This document shows positions 44,848 through 52,575 of a DNA stretch of 64,000 nucleotides, piece by piece. Positions within the stretch are counted from its first letter, which is position 1. Each line of letters begins with the position of its first letter. The notes under the pieces are model-generated. The model worked only from the letters and a program-made list of their open reading frames with translations, made no database searches and had not been told where the DNA came from. The stretch is taken from the NCBI GenBank assembly GCA_963714095.1, contig OY970230.1, forward strand, positions 660,084-724,083, written 5' to 3'. Both the position numbers and the translations under genes were made by a program. Source of the DNA: Candidatus Gottesmanbacteria bacterium. GTDB taxonomy: Bacteria; Patescibacteriota; Microgenomatia; UBA10105; UBA927.

Positions 44848-44985
44848 ATCTGTTGTTCGCTGGGTAAACCAGTTTTATGAACTAATGAAATTAAACTACC
44901 TAACCTCGACGTTAGGTCAACGTTTAGGAGTATTAAGGTTTTGAGGCTAAAAAAGAAGTTGGTGTTTAGGTTTTACGTATTAAGG

Positions 44986-45993
44986 CTATTCAGGTTTGGA
45001 AACAAATTTTATCCGATACGCACCGCTGGCTGGTTTAGGCTCCAGGGGATCGTCTTTCGTAGACGGTATACTTACATATCGTTTTAGTTCCGGGCTAAAC
45101 AGTTTTTCAATCTGACTTATGGTAGCTCGTACGTAGTTCGGATTCTTCCGACCGCGAAGTGTGCTAATTGTCGTCCATTTACCTTTCTGATCTGTTAGTT
45201 TCACATACATGGTTTTTCTGTCCTCGCTCGAGAATGTTACTTCGCCATATTGTCCAAAACGAAAAGTATTGCCCTCCCATTTAAAATCGTCCTGCCATTC
45301 GGGTTTTTCTTCTACGGCCGTTTGGGAAGAGGGCGGGATACTTGTTGGCGCACTTTGTCCGGCAGTTGTTTGATGACTGCCATTCTGCTCCAAGAGCTTT
45401 TGTATTTTTTGGAGTTTGTCGGTTGTTGTAGTAATGAGCAAACTTCCACCTATGTCTTCACGTTCCGATTGTAATATGCCCCATTCTTCCAGTTTTGCAA
45501 TAATTGTCCATTCGTTATAATCGTTGTCTGAACCAATATACGTAGCTGGGTTAAATGTAAAAGGTTCATTGACAGGTGCCAATTCTGACTCATCAACTAA
45601 TCGATTTACAACACCGAGAATTCTATTTTTTGCCTTTGGAGATAATCTGGAAATCGCAACCTGATAGGTATTCTGGTAAGCCTGTGGCTCACATATTTGT
45701 TGATAGTGTTCGTACACCACATCAAACGCTGGTTGGTTTATCCTGAGTATGAATCCGGAGCGGAAATTACCATAGCCGGGTTCAATTTCTCGTACGATTT
45801 CAACCGCCCCGGTTTCTTTGGCTAGTTTGTTTATTATTATTTGTCGTTTACGGTCAGCAGTCGGGACTCCGGATGCGAATACGCTATGGGTTGTTTCGTA
45901 GATAAATGTATTACCTCCCGCCGCAAGACCTTCTTCTTTCAGCCGCTGTAACACAAACCAAACCTCTTGATTGAATGTTTCTTCTGGAGTCAT
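44986..45993 (-). CDS. hypothetical protein (335 aa)
   Basis: ORF only. Confidence 0.35.
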   Translation of the reverse strand: MTPEETFNQEVWFVLQRLKEEGLAAGGNTFIYETTHSVFASGVPTADRKRQIIINKLAKETGAVEIVREIEPGYGNFRSGFILRINQPAFDVVYEHYQQICEPQAYQNTYQVAISRLSPKAKNRILGVVNRLVDESELAPVNEPFTFNPATYIGSDNDYNEWTIIAKLEEWGILQSEREDIGGSLLITTTTDKLQKIQKLLEQNGSHQTTAGQSAPTSIPPSSQTAVEEKPEWQDDFKWEGNTFRFGQYGEVTFSSEDRKTMYVKLTDQKGKWTTISTLRGRKNPNYVRATISQIEKLFSPELKRYVSIPSTKDDPLEPKPASGAYRIKFVSKPE

Positions 45994-46100
45994 AGTAATT
46001 GTAATAATTGGGAATATAAGAAACTGGCCGTATTTTACGCCTTTTTGATGGATAACTCAATGAAAATTATAAGTACGGTTGGTCTCCTGTTTGCTAAAAT

Positions 46101-47471
46101 TTATTGATGGTAGATGATAAACGGCCGTGTCGCCGTAGAAGGGAAATCGGTTGGCCGTTTTTCTTCAGTGAAGACGGTCATGTCACAGGATTGAGACGAA
46201 CTGGGCGCATAATCCATGATGTTATTGACATAGAGAGAAAACAGTTGCGGCGGATCATCCAATTGTCTGTCGATACAGATGAGCTTTGTCCTATGCGCCT
46301 GCGCAAGCGTAAGGATGAATGTTGCAGTATTTTGAGGCTGTTCCATCGGCGTAATTCGGTAAAATAGATACCCTTCGCCGAGAATATACACGATAAGAAT
46401 GATGCTGATAATTAATTTGTTCTGGAAAATAGACGTTACTCCGTATGCGGCAATGAGCGAAAGAGCAGGAATGATGATAAAGAGCCGGGTGGTCGGCAGA
46501 TCCACTGACGGATAAGTGAACGTGATAACAATTCCCAAAACGACTGCCCAAATAAAACAAAGTATAGATGCTACTTTGTTCTTTTTGGACCGGGGGAGCG
46601 CCACACAGCCAATGAAAAATGCAATTACTAAAAGTGGAGAGAAGAGCGGTGTGGTAACAAAGTGGTGTTGTGTTCCTTGGGTATGCACGACGAGGCTAGT
46701 CAGGAGCGAACCGATGAGCTTCCACGGAACGCCATGATAATACGGGTGCGTGACTGACTCTTTGAGCATTGCAGAAACAATTGAACCTTGATTAACAACT
46801 GCGAAGGGAAGGAAAAGTAAAAGGAATCCGCTTACAAAAACGAGAAGCTGTTTTTTGTGAAAGATCACCAGAGGAATCAAAATGATAAGAATACTTCGGG
46901 CAGCGAAAAATGTATAAAAGCATGCGCCGGCGCTTATCCCGCTTAAGAATACGTAGACGGATTTTTTGGTGGACAGAAATAAACAATAGAAAAGTATGGA
47001 TGTTAGAAATGGAAGAAATGCCTGTAAATTATTGTACCCGATGTGCGCGAAACCATACAGATAGTGAGAAAACCCCATAAACACCATAGCGGTAAGCGCC
47101 GTGAGGTGTTTTTTAAATAATACCAGCGCTATACCGTATACCAACAGCATGCTGATGATGAGTGTGGCAATGTTCGCGCTTTTCCAGCCGACAAGATTGA
47201 CGCCGAACGCCTTCATCCACACGGCCTGATAGACCGAGTCGGCAACAGGGTGATATCCATAGACACCATTCTGTGAAAATAATTGAGGAATCGACACACC
47301 ATGGGTTGCTATATAAGATGCCTTATAAAAAAATGCATATTCGTCGCCTATCAGGGCATAGCGGGGGTTAAAAATATCGATGGCAAGTCCAAAGATGAGA
47401 AGGCATATAAAAGGCAGAAGAATCAATCTTTTCATGGCTATATAAGCCATTATACCAGTGAAGTGGAGCAA
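46101..47471 (-). CDS. integral membrane glycosyltransferase, GT-C fold (PMT/ArnT/GT39-like)
   Basis: About 11-12 TM helices and the large-loop architecture typical of dolichyl/undecaprenyl-phosphate-sugar dependent GT-C enzymes. Confidence 0.5.
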   Translation of the reverse strand: MLHFTGIMAYIAMKRLILLPFICLLIFGLAIDIFNPRYALIGDEYAFFYKASYIATHGVSIPQLFSQNGVYGYHPVADSVYQAVWMKAFGVNLVGWKSANIATLIISMLLVYGIALVLFKKHLTALTAMVFMGFSHYLYGFAHIGYNNLQAFLPFLTSILFYCLFLSTKKSVYVFLSGISAGACFYTFFAARSILIILIPLVIFHKKQLLVFVSGFLLLFLPFAVVNQGSIVSAMLKESVTHPYYHGVPWKLIGSLLTSLVVHTQGTQHHFVTTPLFSPLLVIAFFIGCVALPRSKKNKVASILCFIWAVVLGIVITFTYPSVDLPTTRLFIIIPALSLIAAYGVTSIFQNKLIISIILIVYILGEGYLFYRITPMEQPQNTATFILTLAQAHRTKLICIDRQLDDPPQLFSLYVNNIMDYAPSSSQSCDMTVFTEEKRPTDFPSTATRPFIIYHQ

Positions 47472-47550
47472 TTAGTCCGATTAGCCTCTACCGTTCCCAG
47501 CGCCCTTATTTATGTTAAGGCAAACTGAGGCTGATTTGTGGTCAAAAAGT

Positions 47551-47579
47551 AGGTTCTAAGTTCTTGTAAACCCCGCAAC
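47551..47579. repeat. 29-nt intergenic motif AGGTTCTAAGTTCTTG-N4-CCCCGCAAC (copy A), upstream of minus-strand gene 46101..47471
   Basis: Identical 16-mer and 9-mer separated by a 4-nt variable spacer; also present at 48740..48768; the 9-mer also occurs at 38954..38962. Confidence 0.7.
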
Positions 47580-47634
47580 CAAAGCTAATTTAGTCCGTTA
47601 GAACGGGTTTTTTCAAAAAAAACTAAAATGTAAC

Positions 47635-48633
47635 TTAAGACGTTGGTTGAGGCGCTTGAGCGACTTGTGAAGTTGGATGAACTTTTTGCATATCCTTTAG
47701 GATTTTATCGGCGTTATCTTCTGTTGCCAGCATAATTTTGGAATATGATTTTTCACCATAGACGTTTTCTATTGCTCTTGCTAGCGGTAGTGTTTCATGG
47801 AGTATTCTTGCTCTGACGGATAATTTCTCAAAATCAGGGACTGTGGTTAATAATTCTTTCACTAGATTAACGCTCTCCGGATAGGAAAAAGAGATCTCGT
47901 TTGCTACGTTAAAAGATTCTGGAGGACTTCCCGATTCGGCAACGATATCTTTCACGGCATCTGAGGCTTTAGATATAATTGTCCATTCTTTTGGAAAATG
48001 CTTTTCGATCACAGTTTTCATTCGGTGCTCTGCAAGCATAGCTAGCCCTTCTTCTACGGCATAGCCTTTCTTATGACGTTTTCCTTCTTGAAATTGGAGA
48101 CCTTGTCTGTCTAATCCAATAACTCGCGTATCTTTCTGGCCAAAACGTTTTCCCAGATCACCGGCTTTCTGAATTGTCTCCTTTACGATGGATGGTGCGG
48201 TTGCATGAAATAATTCATGTGCCATTGTTAAACACGATCCTATGTATGTAATATTGTTTCGCGTGTCTTTGGGAATAGAAGCGTCCCTGCTTAATTTGCC
48301 CACAAAAGAATTTTTACCTACCTGTTCAGATACAACGACCAAACCAGGGAGCGAAAGCCCCATTTCATCGCCTAAATGAGCTATTTCCGAATCAGTATAG
48401 GCAATTTCAGGCCATTGAATATTGTTGACCCCGAAATTCGAAAAATAGGCCTCGTATGCTTGTTTTATATCATCTGTACATTGTTGTACTGGTTCAGGAA
48501 TTGGTTTGGCAAGTTCTTTGTAATGGTTCACAATAGGCTCGATCCCACTTTGGACTAGCCGTTTTTGTTCCATGACAATAGCATCGCTTGAAGGTAGCCC
48601 TCGTAATTCTCCGGTTGTTATTAAATCTCCCAT
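47635..48633 (-). CDS. hypothetical protein with HExxH zinc-metallopeptidase-like motif
   Basis: LTMAHELFHATAP (HExxH); otherwise no recognised domain. Confidence 0.35.
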   Translation of the reverse strand: MGDLITTGELRGLPSSDAIVMEQKRLVQSGIEPIVNHYKELAKPIPEPVQQCTDDIKQAYEAYFSNFGVNNIQWPEIAYTDSEIAHLGDEMGLSLPGLVVVSEQVGKNSFVGKLSRDASIPKDTRNNITYIGSCLTMAHELFHATAPSIVKETIQKAGDLGKRFGQKDTRVIGLDRQGLQFQEGKRHKKGYAVEEGLAMLAEHRMKTVIEKHFPKEWTIISKASDAVKDIVAESGSPPESFNVANEISFSYPESVNLVKELLTTVPDFEKLSVRARILHETLPLARAIENVYGEKSYSKIMLATEDNADKILKDMQKVHPTSQVAQAPQPTS

Positions 48634-48739
48634 TTAGTACAGAGTACACTATTAATTGGGGCGATTCCAGGCCTTATCATCCGTTTCATTTTTAGAGGTC
48701 AAACAGTAGCTATTCTATAGGCGTTTTTCGTTAGATACC

Positions 48740-48768
48740 AGGTTCTAAGTTCTTGGAGTCCCCGCAAC
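48740..48768. repeat. 29-nt intergenic motif AGGTTCTAAGTTCTTG-N4-CCCCGCAAC (copy B), upstream of minus-strand gene 47635..48633
   Basis: See copy A. Confidence 0.7.
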
Positions 48769-48849
48769 ACAATAAGTACATACATCAATGTTCCTTGGAA
48801 CCATATCTCTTCGAATCGAACGTATTCCAACCGACAATCTGTTTTTCTG

Positions 48850-50400
48850 TCAATTCTGGTTGAGGAGTAATCCGGCATCCATTTTTACCCGCCAAATGCG
48901 TTCATAGAATTCGTATTTAGATACGAATTCTTTGGCTATATTGAGATGAGAAAAAAGCACGTTTTGCTTTTCGTTTGGATCTTTTTGTATATCATAAAGC
49001 TCGTAGGGGGTAAATGTAGAATCAGCATTTCGTTTTACATGAAGTTTCCACTGTTTATTTCTTATCACCATAGTATCCAGATCCCATCCGTCAGAAATGA
49101 TTAGTCTGTCGGGAAGCGGTTTTCCCTCGATTTCTCCGACAAGACTACTCCCCTGAAATTCATTTTGATAGGCAATTCCAACCATATCAAGAATTGTAGG
49201 AGCAAGATCTGTTAATTGTACCGGCGTTGATATCTGTTCTGGCTTCGTGATGCCGGGAATATAAAAAATAAGCGGAATATGCAGGTTAGAATCATAGATA
49301 GTTTGATGATATATTGACCCATGTTCCATAAATTCTTCACCATGATCAGCAGTAAATATAACGATTGTTGAATTTTTAATATGAACATTGGATGACAAAA
49401 ACTGGATAAGCGTAGAAATTTTAGACTCATCCATTTGGTTAATACGTTGATCATACAAAGCCCGAAGGTAATTAACATCACGCGGGGAATGAATATCAAA
49501 AGCATTATTGTATTTTACATTATCCCAGGATGCCCATAGAAAGGGGCTATATTTTGAATTATAAAGCAGCTCCGAATCCAATAGCTGGGGATCGTAATTA
49601 TTTTTGACCATTATGGACAGCGCCTCTTTCATAACGACGTCGGCAAGAGGGTCAGTATTTGATTTAAGCGCCTTTTGCACTTCTATATATAATTTTTGGT
49701 AGGATTCTTTCGATGTGCGATTATAGTCTTCGCCTGTAAGCGGTATGTTGGGATATTGTTCGGTTGTGTAGAATTTTGGGCTGTATCCAATTAAATAGGG
49801 CTCATGAACGTCATATGTATGAAGGAATAAAAATGTTTTTTTATTCTGATTGACATTCACAGTAAAGCTTTGAAGGGCTTGATACCAGTCATTTTGTCCT
49901 TCGTAAAATACCGTATTTATCCCACGGTTATAGACGTTTTGAAGAGGTAATGCCGGATCAGCGCCAGGTAAGACAAAAAGTGTCATGTATCCGTTTTTTT
50001 GTAATATTTCCGGAAGAAACGGTATATTTTTTGAAAGAGAGTCGCTATATGTTGTATTCACTCCGTGAATATTTGGATTTAACCCGGTGAACATCGATAC
50101 GTGGCTCGGTAACGTATACATGCCATTGGCGTAGGCATGTGAAAACAGTATATTCTGATGTGCGAATGTGCAGAGGTTTGGAGCGGTGTTACGATCATAC
50201 CCATAACAGGGGAGATGATTTGCACTGAGCGTGTCCAATGAGACAAGAATGACATTACAGTTTTTACAAAGGGGTGAAGAGTATTTTGTCCCGAAAAGTT
50301 TTTCCCGAATACTATATTCCCCAGCCAATCCGAGGGCCAATAGTACTAACAGGATACACAAAAGAAAGGGATATCTGTATCGCGGAGAGTTTAGATTCAT
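48850..50400 (-). CDS. sulfatase-family (alkaline phosphatase superfamily) membrane-anchored enzyme, LtaS/EptA-like with Thr in nucleophile position
   Basis: N-terminal TM; VILVSLDTLSANHLPCYGY metal-binding block; YTLPSHVSMFTGL in place of the sulfatase C/S-x-P-S-R motif (Thr/His substitution). Confidence 0.6.
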   Translation of the reverse strand: MNLNSPRYRYPFLLCILLVLLALGLAGEYSIREKLFGTKYSSPLCKNCNVILVSLDTLSANHLPCYGYDRNTAPNLCTFAHQNILFSHAYANGMYTLPSHVSMFTGLNPNIHGVNTTYSDSLSKNIPFLPEILQKNGYMTLFVLPGADPALPLQNVYNRGINTVFYEGQNDWYQALQSFTVNVNQNKKTFLFLHTYDVHEPYLIGYSPKFYTTEQYPNIPLTGEDYNRTSKESYQKLYIEVQKALKSNTDPLADVVMKEALSIMVKNNYDPQLLDSELLYNSKYSPFLWASWDNVKYNNAFDIHSPRDVNYLRALYDQRINQMDESKISTLIQFLSSNVHIKNSTIVIFTADHGEEFMEHGSIYHQTIYDSNLHIPLIFYIPGITKPEQISTPVQLTDLAPTILDMVGIAYQNEFQGSSLVGEIEGKPLPDRLIISDGWDLDTMVIRNKQWKLHVKRNADSTFTPYELYDIQKDPNEKQNVLFSHLNIAKEFVSKYEFYERIWRVKMDAGLLLNQN

Positions 50401-50463
50401 AATCCTAATTATTAAATAATATACTGTATTTTAATTATGTGGAAGATGCAGGAGGATCGATTG

Positions 50464-52488
50464 TCAACGACCGTCTGTAAACACAGGCAAACTTTTGCCT
50501 TGAACAAAACCGGGGATCGCAACATGTAACGCTTTCATAATTGTCGGGTATTGATTTACCAGAGAAAACGGTGTGTTTCCCAGAAAATTATTCTTTTTTA
50601 TCCCGGGACCCGCGATAATAAACGGAGTCCACATCCCCGGGTCATTTTTGGCAATAATTGCCTGTTTATATCCCGTCACATCAGGAATAGTGAATAGCTT
50701 CAAGTCTGATGACATCTCCTCGTTCCACCCAAAGCCCGGTGCATTGGCTATAATAAGGTCTCCCGCTCGGTCTGGATCCATCTGAAGGAATTCTTTGGCG
50801 TCTTCCCATTTGACGATATCGACAACCGGCTTCGATCCGTCAGTATACGTTAAATCGGTTAATGTCTTAATCACGTCATTCCGTAATTGTTCATAGGCTG
50901 GACCTGATGCACGTTGATAGTTTCCGCCCAATCCGTTAGGATTGATATACACGTGTGCCATCTTCAAATAAATAACCTGTGAATTCTTCCAGTCGATGAT
51001 AGGCTCACCGGTTTTTGGATTTATCGTAAACTTCAGCCACCCCTTTTGGGCAAACAGATTATTAAGATTTACGTATATATTTAACGGTACATTTCCGTGA
51101 TCGGAACTTAATACAATATATGTATTAGGACCGGTATTTTTTATCACTTCACCGATTAAATTATCAAGCCGTTTATACATTCCCTGCACTTCCTGCCAGA
51201 GCTGCTCACGATCTGCGGCAGACACATCATTATACCGGGTGCTTTTTGGATCCACGTACCCCATCCACCAGCGGCTGGTAAGCATTTGATTCGGTGTATA
51301 AATATCATGAATGACGACGTTGGGAGAAAAGTTTTTGATGACCTGAGACACTGCCTTTGTATGCCAGTCGAACGACATTGCTGCTTCGTCCGAAAAAATC
51401 TTTTTATCTTCAGGATAATAGATGAGCTGGGCCGGGTAATTATCGGGGAAATCCACCATGGGTCCGACTGTTTGTTCAAGGATATCCGCTGCATCGGCGG
51501 GCTGGGTAATGTATCGATTAAGCTGATCAAAATACAGCGTTACACGGAAAAAGCCATCATTATCAACTTTAATAACAGCAGGTTTAACTTTTGTTGCAAC
51601 ATCAATTGTCTGATTACCGGAAGTCCATTTAAGGGTTATGGGAGCCCAATTGCCCCATTGGCCGGTGGTTAAATCGGCAAAAAACGTCTCTTTATCAAGA
51701 GAAAACCCGACACGGTCATAATTGACTGAATGGTCATCCGTCGAATCATAAATATACAGGTAAACTGTTGTTCCCCACGCAGCAAGCGTTACCTCTTTGG
51801 GTGGCGAATACGAGGTCGGCGGTTTTGTCCAGCCTGAAGGAGTAGTACCATCATAAAATTGGGTGAGTTCAGGCCCGAAGTAAAAAAATCTGGAGGCTCT
51901 GCCCAGTCGAATTCGCTGTGCGAGATTTCCTTTTGTTTCGTACGTAAGCGCGGCAAAATCCGCTCCCCATCCGCCCCAGCGACCATGGATAACGACACCT
52001 TTTTGAATTTCAGGTGGTGTGGAGCCTGGCACAGATACAATTGCTACTTTCATCCCCGCCTGTTCAAGAGTTGTCCATATCGCCGGCACTTTTCGCGCAG
52101 TCGATCTGAATCCGGGCACCGCAACACTATCGAGGGGTTTCCCAATTGCCCTCATTGGTCCGTCGTCAATTCCGTTTACTTCAGGGTAACTGCCCGTAAG
52201 GAGAGCTGCAAAATTAGTCGGTGTATGGCTGGGAAAGTTCGGATAAGAGTAGCCATAGGATCCGTTGTCCATTAATTTTTTGATATTCGGCAATTTTCCT
52301 TCCTCTGCCCATTTATACACAGTAAAAAGACTTGGTTCTGCTCTCATTCCATCGGGGATAAACCAATAGAGTTTTACCGGACTCGGGGGTGAGGGCTTTG
52401 GTCGAAGAATAAAAAATCCTGCCAGTCCGATAAGGATAAAAAGTGCAACAATAAGCAAAAATATGTTAAATGATTGCTTTTTTCTCAT
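50464..52488 (-). CDS. type I phosphodiesterase / nucleotide pyrophosphatase (NPP) family protein, membrane-anchored
   Basis: N-terminal TM; LYWFIPDGMRAE metal-binding block; NPP nucleophile region FPSHTPTNFAALLTGSYP. Confidence 0.65.
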   Translation of the reverse strand: MRKKQSFNIFLLIVALFILIGLAGFFILRPKPSPPSPVKLYWFIPDGMRAEPSLFTVYKWAEEGKLPNIKKLMDNGSYGYSYPNFPSHTPTNFAALLTGSYPEVNGIDDGPMRAIGKPLDSVAVPGFRSTARKVPAIWTTLEQAGMKVAIVSVPGSTPPEIQKGVVIHGRWGGWGADFAALTYETKGNLAQRIRLGRASRFFYFGPELTQFYDGTTPSGWTKPPTSYSPPKEVTLAAWGTTVYLYIYDSTDDHSVNYDRVGFSLDKETFFADLTTGQWGNWAPITLKWTSGNQTIDVATKVKPAVIKVDNDGFFRVTLYFDQLNRYITQPADAADILEQTVGPMVDFPDNYPAQLIYYPEDKKIFSDEAAMSFDWHTKAVSQVIKNFSPNVVIHDIYTPNQMLTSRWWMGYVDPKSTRYNDVSAADREQLWQEVQGMYKRLDNLIGEVIKNTGPNTYIVLSSDHGNVPLNIYVNLNNLFAQKGWLKFTINPKTGEPIIDWKNSQVIYLKMAHVYINPNGLGGNYQRASGPAYEQLRNDVIKTLTDLTYTDGSKPVVDIVKWEDAKEFLQMDPDRAGDLIIANAPGFGWNEEMSSDLKLFTIPDVTGYKQAIIAKNDPGMWTPFIIAGPGIKKNNFLGNTPFSLVNQYPTIMKALHVAIPGFVQGKSLPVFTDGR

Positions 52489-52575
52489 TTAATTCAGCCT
52501 TATTAAAGTTCATATCATGTTCACCCAAAAATATCAAGAAGATAAAGTGATAGACAGGATGAGAGAATGTAGACT

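Larger units (their letters stand above)
38932..45993 (-). mobile_element. putative integrated mobile genetic element next to tRNA-Met: serine integrase plus hypothetical genes incl. P-loop NTPase (right boundary uncertain; could extend to ~47.6 or ~48.8 kb)
   Basis: Integrase immediately beside a tRNA gene and a tRNA-like fragment; nine consecutive small hypothetical genes, all co-oriented with the integrase; CCCCGCAAC motif recurs at 47571 and 48760. Confidence 0.5.

Noticed and set aside
48850-50400. Calling 48850..50400 an arylsulfatase (desulfation partner of the sulfotransferase at 3616)
   Set aside because: The fGly motif C/S-x-P-x-R is replaced by T-L-P-S-H, which fits LtaS/EptA-type phosphotransferases rather than a sulfate-ester hydrolase.
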